Assembly: GCA_963722255.1 (NCBI GenBank)
Contig: CAVRJO010000001.1
Coordinates: forward strand, 800,001-864,000
DNA: 64,000 nt
Direction: 5' to 3'
Origin: Candidatus Babeliales bacterium
Lineage (GTDB): Bacteria > Babelota > Babeliae > Babelales > JANWKD01
The notes under the pieces were generated by a model that saw only the letters and a program-made list of their open reading frames with translations, was not told the DNA's origin and searched no databases. Within the stretch, counting starts at the first letter, position 1. Every line of letters begins with the position of its first letter. A program made the translations under genes and the position numbers. Below are positions 50,243 through 58,652 of the stretch, in pieces.

Positions 50243-50542
50243 TTAGTGTTTCTTACTTTTTTTACGGCGTACAAAAATAGATAATGAGCCAAAAAGGATA
50301 GCAATGAATGCATAAAATAAGATTAGTGTTTTAGGTGCTATACCATACGATTTTAAAATATAGTGTAACAAACTAAATGCAATAAAAGTACCTAGGATAA
50401 TTAAAGTTAATCTTGGGGTAATTATTTTTTTAAAATCCCATCCAAAGATACGTGATGCACAATATGCAAGAATTAGTCCAACTGCTGTCCCTAAAATAAC
50501 GCCTATGATTGATGCAATTGTGTTTAATAAAAGTTGATTCAT
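50243..50542 (-). CDS. Small 3-TM membrane protein
   Basis: Three hydrophobic helices; similar layout to the upstream gene (AYCASRIFGW vs AYSASKIWGF). Confidence 0.65.
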   Translation of the reverse strand: MNQLLLNTIASIIGVILGTAVGLILAYCASRIFGWDFKKIITPRLTLIILGTFIAFSLLHYILKSYGIAPKTLILFYAFIAILFGSLSIFVRRKKSKKH

Positions 50543-50856
50543 TTATTGTTTCCTTTTTTATAATATTTTTTTGCTAAAATGACGAAAAAAATAATAATGG
50601 CTACTGTGTTTACAACTACAAAAACTGTTTGATAGCGCTGTAAGTTTTGTGCAAAACCAAATTTGCGCGCTATTACTTGCAAAACATAGCTAAGCTCACA
50701 ACCAAGAATAATTAAAAAAAATAAATTGAGTGGCTTTCTTATTTGAAACCCCCATATTTTTGAAGCACTATAAGCAACCGCATATATGATTGCTGCAAGA
50801 ATGCATCCTGCTCCTGCCCAAACAAGTAATCCTAGCAAAAAATTGTAGATTTCCAT
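50539..50856 (-). CDS. Small 3-TM membrane protein (paralogue of 50243..50542)
   Basis: Three hydrophobic helices; ATGA overlap with the next gene. Confidence 0.65.
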   Translation of the reverse strand: MEIYNFLLGLLVWAGAGCILAAIIYAVAYSASKIWGFQIRKPLNLFFLIILGCELSYVLQVIARKFGFAQNLQRYQTVFVVVNTVAIIIFFVILAKKYYKKGNNK

Positions 50857-51071
50857 TTTTATCCCTTTTTTTCTTATTTTTACATGCCATTTATTGTAAG
50901 CATATCTGATATTTTGGCTTCAATTCAATAATTTATCAATTTTGATATTTTATAGTAGATGAATTATGATTTTTTCGACTATTGCAAATAGAAACTGTAT
51001 TTTGATACTCTATTAATTAGATAATTAAAAAAATAGTGCTTTAAAAACAGCCAATAATTGGGGAGGATATT

Positions 51072-51524
51072 GTGAAGAAAATAGTAGTTATAACTTTTTT
51101 AGCAGCAAGTTTGCTTTTACAAAAAAACAATTTTGCGCAAGAAAATCATAAACTTTTGATTGAAAATAAAACTGATCAAGAATTATATATCGATGTAGAA
51201 AGTTCTTTTAAATGTGTTTCAACATCCCCGAGAACTAACTGCGGCTTTCTCGCAGGAAAAAAAACAATGCTTGATTTTTCTCTAGAACCAAAAACAACTA
51301 AAGATATACAGGCTGAGATAATAAAAGAACTTAATATAAATCCTCAGAAAATGAAAATAGTGATCGAGTCTATCGCAATAAGAGGTATTGTTGATAAATT
51401 TGATAAAATAAAGATTTATGGAAGTAATAAATTGGTAAGTCCACAAAAAACTCACTACGCTGTAACCATTAGAAATAATAAAGAGTATCATGTAGATCAG
51501 TTGATAATTGAAGAAGTGAAATAG
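51072..51524 (+). CDS. Exported beta-rich hypothetical protein
   Basis: GGAGG RBS; signal; IENKTDQELYI motif. Confidence 0.7.
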   Translation: MKKIVVITFLAASLLLQKNNFAQENHKLLIENKTDQELYIDVESSFKCVSTSPRTNCGFLAGKKTMLDFSLEPKTTKDIQAEIIKELNINPQKMKIVIESIAIRGIVDKFDKIKIYGSNKLVSPQKTHYAVTIRNNKEYHVDQLIIEEVK

Positions 51525-51576
51525 GTAATTAAAAAGATATATGTAATTATAAATGAATTTAATTAAGGAGAATGAC

Positions 51577-51939
51577 ATGAAGAAGGTTTTTATACTGATC
51601 TTGAGTATAATTATAGTGGTTTCATCTCAAATAGAAGCTCAAGTAAAAGGTCATATTTTAAACAAAACGCCTTATGATATTTTTCTTATATTGCCATATT
51701 CTTCTTATACCAATACTTGGGTTGTTAAAACAGGTTCTAGTAAAGACTTTTATAATGGTGACAACTCAGTTACGATTTCTTTTCCACCTTATGTCGATAC
51801 AAGTGGGTTTGCCAAAGCTCCAGCAGTGAATAATTTGGAAAGCGGGAATTATGTGGTTACATTTGATAAAAATACACAGAAGTTTGCTATAACAAAATTA
51901 CCTATATCAAAAAGCGCAGCTCTTCAGGGTAAAAAATAA
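51577..51939 (+). CDS. Exported beta-rich hypothetical protein
   Basis: AAGGAG RBS; signal ...IEA|QVK; ILNKTPYDIF motif. Confidence 0.7.
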   Translation: MKKVFILILSIIIVVSSQIEAQVKGHILNKTPYDIFLILPYSSYTNTWVVKTGSSKDFYNGDNSVTISFPPYVDTSGFAKAPAVNNLESGNYVVTFDKNTQKFAITKLPISKSAALQGKK

Positions 51940-51975
51940 TGAACGAAATTAAAATTAAATAAAGGGAGAATAAAA

Positions 51976-52293
51976 ATGAAGAAGATAGTTATAGTAATTT
52001 TAAGTGCATTACTAGTTGTTTCAACGCAAGTTGATGCGGGGACAATTATTAATAATACAAATTATAATGTAAGCATTTATGGATATGGTACTATGGTGCT
52101 TGCACCTCGAACTACATGGCAAATTCCGCCCACTGCTAAAAAATTATCCGGTATAGAGTTGATGACGAATACTAATTTTGAAGGAGATGTGGATCCACGA
52201 TTTAATTATGAACTTATACTAGATCCTACTAAAAAACAATATGTTATCAAAAAGCTTATGCAGTCTATACAAGGTTCTGTGGTAAAAAAATAG
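51976..52293 (+). CDS. Exported beta-rich hypothetical protein
   Basis: GGGAG RBS; signal ...VDA|GTI; IINNTNYNVSI motif. Confidence 0.7.
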   Translation: MKKIVIVILSALLVVSTQVDAGTIINNTNYNVSIYGYGTMVLAPRTTWQIPPTAKKLSGIELMTNTNFEGDVDPRFNYELILDPTKKQYVIKKLMQSIQGSVVKK

Positions 52294-52323
52294 TAAATTT
52301 GTGGTTGGATAAGGAATAATTGA

Positions 52324-52725
52324 ATGTGTAGGATTACAAAAAACATTGTTTATGTATTAGTAGTAGCGATTATGATTTGGCATACTGGGTCAATGCTTGC
52401 TAAGGGTTATATGGCATTAAAGCTTGATGTTGGCTATGAAGCAGAACATCAACGGCCTACAAATGCCATGGGAACTAGAGTTGGTGAATCTGATACCAGA
52501 AATTTTATCCAAAATTATGGCTTAACGACTAATCCGAATCCAACATACAACAGTATTGAAGGAGCTCAATCATATAAAGAGATGTCCGGCGATTATTATG
52601 GAGCTGATGAATTTGAAGAAATTTCCGGTTTTACAGAAAGTGAAAGTTCACATCCTTTTGCTCGAGATATTGAAGAACAAACGCGTGTTTCAGTTGATCA
52701 CCCCTATGAACATCAATTTGATTAA
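52324..52725 (+). CDS. Exported acidic hypothetical protein
   Basis: AAGGA RBS; signal-like N-terminus. Confidence 0.6.
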   Translation: MCRITKNIVYVLVVAIMIWHTGSMLAKGYMALKLDVGYEAEHQRPTNAMGTRVGESDTRNFIQNYGLTTNPNPTYNSIEGAQSYKEMSGDYYGADEFEEISGFTESESSHPFARDIEEQTRVSVDHPYEHQFD

Positions 52726-52818
52726 AATAACTATTTATTGCAAAAAAGATTTTTGATTATTTACACTTAACTTTATATAAGCATATTTTTTACTCGTGTA
52801 AAGTAGGTAAGGTTTTTA

Positions 52819-54072
52819 GTGAAAATTACCAATGTAAAAGCACGTGAAATTTTTGATTCTCGAGGTATGCCAACTCTTGAGTGCCAAATTTTTCTTGACC
52901 ATGATCATTACGTTTTAGCATCAGTCCCTTCAGGAATGTCAAGGGGTATTCATGAAGCAGTGGAACTACGCGATGGAGGATCACGATTATTTGGTAAAGG
53001 TGTTTTAAAAGCAAGTCAGATTATAGAAACGGTTTTTGCGCCGCAACTTATTGGCACATCTCCAGATCTTTTAGTTATCGATACTTTTATGATTGAGGCG
53101 GATGGAACGGTAAATAAAGCAAAGTATGGTGCAAATAGCATGCTTGCTGTAAGTATGGCTGTTGCAAAGGCACAAGCATTGAGTGAGCATATGGAGCTTT
53201 ATGAATGTATAGCGCATCTTTATGGTGCACAAACGGTAATGCTCCCGTATCCGCTCTTTAATGTAATCAATGGTGGCATTCACGCAGATAATAATCTCTT
53301 TTTTCAAGAATTTATGATTTTGCCTATTGGTGGATCAAATTTTCGAGAGTCGCTTGAATTGGGGGCGCTATTTTTTTATGAACTAAAAGTCTTATTAAAA
53401 AAAACAAACAAACCAATTGTATATGGCGATGAAGGTGGAATTGCATCTTCATTTGAATCAGAATATGAAGCACTCGATATGATAACCGAGGTAATAGCGC
53501 GAATTGGCGATGGCAATCTATTTCGTATAGCTCTTGATGTTGCAGCATCCGAATTTTATAATGTTACAACGCACTGTTATGATTTACATGATGAATTCTT
53601 AACATCAGAAGAACTAGTCGCTTTGTATGCTAAACTTATTCAAACATATCCAATTTTCTCAATTGAAGATGGATTAGCGCAAGATGATTGGCAAGGATGG
53701 ATGCATATGAAGAGCGTTTTGGGTGACACTATTCAGCTTGTTGGTGATGATCTTTTTGCGACTTCTGCTCAAAGAATTAAACATGGCGTTATGGTTGATG
53801 CCGCTAATGCTGTCATTATTAAACCCAATCAGGTGGGAACGATTACTGAAACATTGCAAACTATTCAATTTTGTTTCGAACAGGGTTTAAATACTATCAT
53901 CTCACATCGATCCGGAGAAACAGAAGATACTTTTATTGCTGATTTAGCCGTAGGAACAAGTGCAGGTCAAATAAAAGCCGGTGGTCTTTCTCGTTCAGAG
54001 CGGCTTGCAAAATATAATCGTTTATTACGCATTGAAGATACGTTGTTATCAAGTATGTTGCTCGATGTTTAA
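52819..54072 (+). CDS. eno: Enolase
   Basis: AREIFDSRG, VPSG.S, NGG.HA, QEFM, GDEGG, DVAASEF, SIEDG, VGDDL, SHRSGETED, RSERLAKYN. Confidence 0.96.
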   Translation: MKITNVKAREIFDSRGMPTLECQIFLDHDHYVLASVPSGMSRGIHEAVELRDGGSRLFGKGVLKASQIIETVFAPQLIGTSPDLLVIDTFMIEADGTVNKAKYGANSMLAVSMAVAKAQALSEHMELYECIAHLYGAQTVMLPYPLFNVINGGIHADNNLFFQEFMILPIGGSNFRESLELGALFFYELKVLLKKTNKPIVYGDEGGIASSFESEYEALDMITEVIARIGDGNLFRIALDVAASEFYNVTTHCYDLHDEFLTSEELVALYAKLIQTYPIFSIEDGLAQDDWQGWMHMKSVLGDTIQLVGDDLFATSAQRIKHGVMVDAANAVIIKPNQVGTITETLQTIQFCFEQGLNTIISHRSGETEDTFIADLAVGTSAGQIKAGGLSRSERLAKYNRLLRIEDTLLSSMLLDV

Positions 54073-56445
54073 GGGAGCTTCATGCTCTGATAAAGGATTT
54101 TCTTGTCCTCGTATCAAATCTTCAAGTTGCCGTATTTTATCACGTTCTTCGCTATGAATCTTGCCAGGGATTGGAACTTCAGGTCTTTCTGCAATATAGT
54201 CATCAATAACATCATGCGCAAAGTTAGGGTCAGGCTTGAAGAACCAACGTGTAATTGGATCACGTAAATCTTCAAAATTTGAAGACTCTTGAAGATTATT
54301 TTCAGCATAGCACAATTTGCTTTCTGTATAAGGATCATAACCACCACCCAGTCGAGGTTTAATGATTTTGGGACAAATAAAAATCATTAAGTTTGTTTTT
54401 ATTTTCACCTTGTTGCGACGCTTGAAGAACCAACCAAATAAAGGAATCTGACTCAAAAATGGTGTATCGTTTTCAATAGTTTGATCACTAATTTTAACCA
54501 GTCCTCCTAAAGCAAGCACCTCACCATCACCTACATTGGCATTAGTTTGCACCAATCGTGTTGCGCGATTGTTTGCGCTACTTAAAAATTCGTTGACGGT
54601 AATGTTGATTTGAAGATTAATATTTTTTGCACCTTCGCTGATGGTAGGTAAAATATCAATCGCAGTTGCAGCAGTAACATATTCATTTTTTACGGTAATG
54701 GATCCGCCATCACTATTTGCTCCACCAGGTAAAAAACGCTGTTGAGCAAGAGAAATTGTTGCTTGCTTGTTGTCCATAGTTGTAATAAACGGTTGTGTTA
54801 ATATGGTAGTATTTGCGTACTTATCTAAAATTTGTAAAATATTCCAAATTCCGCTTCCATTTGGGTCATTAAAAGAAATTATTAGTGAACCAGGTGTTGA
54901 TTGATTTGCAAAGTTGGCCGTACCATCTAGCTGCAAAAGATTTGCCATCAATGCATTTGCAGGAAATTGATTAACAGTTTGACCAAGTTCATTGGTAATT
55001 CCAGCGGCTGTAATAATTGGGGTTGTAAGATTTGCCGTTTGAAAATTAATGTTATCTGAGACGCTTGTGTTAAAACCACTTTTGTTACGCATTTGCGTTC
55101 CAACGATTTGGTTTTTTTGTGACGTAAGATCAACAACTAAAACTTCTATTGCTACCTGTGGTTGAGGCGTATCAAGTTCTTTTATTAATTTTTTTATACG
55201 TATCCAATCTTCTTTACGTGCAGCAACGAGCAAACGGTTGCCTCCTTGTTGTACGCCTTCTGATTGTGCTGCCTCCGGTTGTCCCTCTACAGCCGTAGGA
55301 GCAATTGTTGCAGCAATGCTTGTTTTTTCAGCTTCAACAATAACATCTTGAAAATATCTACGAGGGCCGGCAGAGACTTGCCCTTGTGATTGAGCTGTGG
55401 TGTCTTGTTTGTTAACTAATTGTTGCAATATGGGAGCAAACTCTTCTGCATTTAAATATTGTAGATCATATAAATGTAGTATTGATTTTCCTGAATCAAG
55501 AGGATGATCGATATATTTTACAATGAATTCTTTAACAATATGAATAGACCGTGTTGTTCCCATAATTACAATGGTGTTTGTGCGATCTAGCGCAAGAACC
55601 TTGGTGTTCGGTGGAAAATAGGTGCTTGATTTTATGGGTGCTTCGCGTGCAACACCCGGAGTAACAGGTACTTGTGCTGTTGCAAGAAGCTTTTTGAATA
55701 GCTCTTCGATAAAAGTTGCTTGCACATGAAATAGAGGAATTACTTGAATATCGTCAGGAATCCCTTCAAGATCAAGTTGTCGAATTATCGTCATTGCAGC
55801 ACGTATGATATTTGATTTATCAATAAGGATCAATGCATTTGTTTTAGCATCAGTTTTAATGACCGCAGTAGGTGAAAGCATTCCTGTTGGTGCTTTTAAA
55901 ATTTGATCTAAAGGACTATTAGGATCGGTAACTTTTAAATTAGAAAGATAAAATACTGCTTGAATGACTTGTCCAGTTTCCGGCAAATCTTCTAAAGGAG
56001 GATTTATATAGAGTGGAAGTGGTTCACGTTGAATGTTTTGATCGATTTTTAAAAGAGTCAATTGATCATTTTTAAGTTCCCAACTATAACCAATAAAATC
56101 AAGAATTCTACCTAGTTCTTGCCATGCTTGATCGAGTGTAACTTTGTAGGGAAGTGAAAATTTAACTTTTGCTGAAAGCGCTTGGGACCCCTGAGGTAAA
56201 AGCACATTGACTTTCTTTTCTGCTGCGAGTTCATTAATGATGTCTATGAGAGCAACATCTTGATAGTTAAATGAATATTTCTTTTCAAAACTTTTTGATT
56301 CAGGTTGCTCTTGAGTAACTGATTCTAAGGTAGGTTTTATATTGAGTTTTTCCTCAAGTAGTTGTTTTATTGATTCTTCAGGTTGCGCATCAACCTTGAC
56401 AAAGGTATTCAATAAAAGGAGCATTAAAACTATTTTTAAAACCAT
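54049..56445 (-). CDS. gspD: Type II secretion secretin (GspD-like), copy 2
   Basis: N-domain repeats (TNALILI, TNTIVIMG, NRLLVA), LDTPQPQVAIEVLVV, LALGGL, PFLSQIPLFGWFFK, NLMIFICPKII. Confidence 0.88.
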   Translation of the reverse strand: MVLKIVLMLLLLNTFVKVDAQPEESIKQLLEEKLNIKPTLESVTQEQPESKSFEKKYSFNYQDVALIDIINELAAEKKVNVLLPQGSQALSAKVKFSLPYKVTLDQAWQELGRILDFIGYSWELKNDQLTLLKIDQNIQREPLPLYINPPLEDLPETGQVIQAVFYLSNLKVTDPNSPLDQILKAPTGMLSPTAVIKTDAKTNALILIDKSNIIRAAMTIIRQLDLEGIPDDIQVIPLFHVQATFIEELFKKLLATAQVPVTPGVAREAPIKSSTYFPPNTKVLALDRTNTIVIMGTTRSIHIVKEFIVKYIDHPLDSGKSILHLYDLQYLNAEEFAPILQQLVNKQDTTAQSQGQVSAGPRRYFQDVIVEAEKTSIAATIAPTAVEGQPEAAQSEGVQQGGNRLLVAARKEDWIRIKKLIKELDTPQPQVAIEVLVVDLTSQKNQIVGTQMRNKSGFNTSVSDNINFQTANLTTPIITAAGITNELGQTVNQFPANALMANLLQLDGTANFANQSTPGSLIISFNDPNGSGIWNILQILDKYANTTILTQPFITTMDNKQATISLAQQRFLPGGANSDGGSITVKNEYVTAATAIDILPTISEGAKNINLQINITVNEFLSSANNRATRLVQTNANVGDGEVLALGGLVKISDQTIENDTPFLSQIPLFGWFFKRRNKVKIKTNLMIFICPKIIKPRLGGGYDPYTESKLCYAENNLQESSNFEDLRDPITRWFFKPDPNFAHDVIDDYIAERPEVPIPGKIHSEERDKIRQLEDLIRGQENPLSEHEAPLNIEQHT

Positions 56446-56454
56446 GGTTATTTT

Positions 56455-57021
56455 TTACTCCGATTTCTGTAATTCTTGCTTTGGTTCTAGCGTAGCAATC
56501 GTAATTTTTACGTTAATAGCTTGAGGTTTTTTTGCTTTTTCTATTTCAAGTTCTTTTGTATAAATTCTTTCTTCTTGTTCAATAGCATAGAGCAATTCAC
56601 TTAATTTTTTTGTATTCAAGTTAGCAAGATTCGCGTAAAGTGTCCATTCGGTATATCCATCAAGCACGTCTTTAGGTAATGTTTCCGGTTCTTGAGCCTT
56701 GTTTGAAGCGATGCCCAACCTTTCAAGAAGATTTTCAAAATATTGTGCAATTTTAAAACTTTTATCTTTTGCTAAAATTGTATTTACTTCTACTTGTTGC
56801 TTTTTGACACGTTCATAGCGTTCAAGCATATTTTGAACATCTTTTCTTTTTTTATTTATAGCACTAATTTTTGATTTAAGCTGTCCTGCAGAGCGATAGT
56901 AGGTAACAATAAGAAGCCCTAAAAGTAGTATAATGCAACTTAAAGCGATCAGAGCATATTTTTTAAAATCTTTTGCATCAAGAGTATCAAGATAATTTTT
57001 AATGCTGAGGATGAAGTTCAT
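56455..57021 (-). CDS. GspM/PilO-like inner-membrane platform protein
   Basis: Single N-terminal TM, coiled coil, ferredoxin-like LSELLYAIEQ segment; operon position. Confidence 0.6.
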   Translation of the reverse strand: MNFILSIKNYLDTLDAKDFKKYALIALSCIILLLGLLIVTYYRSAGQLKSKISAINKKRKDVQNMLERYERVKKQQVEVNTILAKDKSFKIAQYFENLLERLGIASNKAQEPETLPKDVLDGYTEWTLYANLANLNTKKLSELLYAIEQEERIYTKELEIEKAKKPQAINVKITIATLEPKQELQKSE

Positions 57022-58652
57022 TGTTCATCTCCATTTTTTTTCAATGGTAACGTAATGATAAATTTTGGAGCTTGCAGACTTGCAATAGAACTAAACAAAT
57101 TTGATCGTTTAAGTTCTTTTTCTAATATTTTTAAAGCATCAAAATCTCGAACTTCACCATCGAGTATAATATTTCTTGGTTCCTCAGTGATGCTTAATTT
57201 TTTTAGATTAAGCCCGGTGGCTTCGCGATCAATTGCTGCAGTAAGATCTTGCAAGTATTTCAAAAATGAAAAACGCGTTTGGCTTGAGAATGCAAACCAA
57301 ATTGTTTCTTCTTGTTTCACTTTTTCTTCAGATTTTTTTAATGCTTCAGTCAAGGATTTTGCGGTCGTTAATCCACGGTGTTTAAGCGTGGAAACAATTG
57401 CGATTTCATAATTTTTTAAGGCTTTTTTGAGCGTTCCCAGTTGCCAATAGGTATAAAAGAGAATACCTGCAAAGGTGAGCACAATAAGCGAAAGCGCAGT
57501 AAAAAGTTGTCGATAAAAAAGCCCTGAATCAACAATTGAAAATTCATGTCTTCTTAAATTAAAATTTTCAACAGTTGGGGTAATAAGCGCTGTACTTAAA
57601 CTTAAGATGGAAGACTGAGGGATTCTGTTTCCACTTTTTAAGGTTATGAAGTCAGTTTTTAATAGTTCATTGCTATCAAAAAGGTTACAGGTGATTCCTA
57701 ATTGTTGTGTAAAAAATTGTGGTAGGTTAGCAATATCAGAACCTTGGCCTAAAAGAAGAATCTCTTTTATCTTATTTTCAGTTTTAGTTTGCGCCGTAAA
57801 AGAATCAAGAGTGAATTTAATTTCATTTAAGAACGATGATAATGCTTCTTTGATTGCATCATTAAAGGGTTGATCATTATTGTGATTAAAGCCAAACCTA
57901 ATAATTTTTTCTAAGGCATCATTTGAATTTATACTATTTTTTTGCGCTACTTGTTTAGCCCATTGCAACAATCCTTTTGCAAGTGTTCGTACAAGAGTTA
58001 ATTTTCCATCTACAATGAAGGCGATGCGTGTTACATTAAAACCAATATCAATGAGCGCATAGTTTCCTGTCGCGTCTTTATATTTTGGAATGCATTTATA
58101 AAGTCCATAAAGATCAAAGAGATCGACCGTAATGGTTGTAGGACTTACACCTGCTTGTTCAAAATAGCTTATATGTTCTGCAATATGTTCTTTTTTAACT
58201 GCTGCAGCTAATATAACCGATGATTGTTGTGCAGGATTGCTTTGAGTGATAATAAAATCGATAATGGTTTGGTTAATGGGAAAAGGTAAAAAGGGTTCAA
58301 TTTCGTAATTGATAACCATGCTAATTTTTTCAGGATCTGAAAAAGGAAGTGTTAATTCTTTGAATATAGCAATTGAGCTTGAGATGGATGTTCGTAATGC
58401 ATCATAGCGATCAACTTTGGTTAAAATAGTAGCAATGGTTTTAGAAACGCGTTCAGCATAAGGAGCGGTTGCTTCTAATTCTAAAGGCTGATCGATGAAC
58501 TTTTCGAGCGTAACTTTTTTCCCATGTAATAAGAGTTGTGTAACATGAATAGTTGTTTTACCTATATCAAAGCCTAAAATTCGCTGTTTAACCAGATAAT
58601 ATGAACCTACTTTTTTGGGGATTAAAACATCAGTAATTAAGCGACCAATCAT
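57018..58652 (-). CDS. GspL / PilM-PilN-like fused protein
   Basis: Actin-like LGFDIG and LIDIG motifs, NFNLR, TM, then PilN-like ILDGEV domain. Confidence 0.75.
   Translation of the reverse strand: MIGRLITDVLIPKKVGSYYLVKQRILGFDIGKTTIHVTQLLLHGKKVTLEKFIDQPLELEATAPYAERVSKTIATILTKVDRYDALRTSISSSIAIFKELTLPFSDPEKISMVINYEIEPFLPFPINQTIIDFIITQSNPAQQSSVILAAAVKKEHIAEHISYFEQAGVSPTTITVDLFDLYGLYKCIPKYKDATGNYALIDIGFNVTRIAFIVDGKLTLVRTLAKGLLQWAKQVAQKNSINSNDALEKIIRFGFNHNNDQPFNDAIKEALSSFLNEIKFTLDSFTAQTKTENKIKEILLLGQGSDIANLPQFFTQQLGITCNLFDSNELLKTDFITLKSGNRIPQSSILSLSTALITPTVENFNLRRHEFSIVDSGLFYRQLFTALSLIVLTFAGILFYTYWQLGTLKKALKNYEIAIVSTLKHRGLTTAKSLTEALKKSEEKVKQEETIWFAFSSQTRFSFLKYLQDLTAAIDREATGLNLKKLSITEEPRNIILDGEVRDFDALKILEKELKRSNLFSSIASLQAPKFIITLPLKKNGDEQ

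Noticed and set aside
54049..54072. Convergent 3' overlap of eno and secretin 2 (also ddl with 7596..8312)
   Set aside because: Short tail-to-tail overlaps are common in compact genomes.
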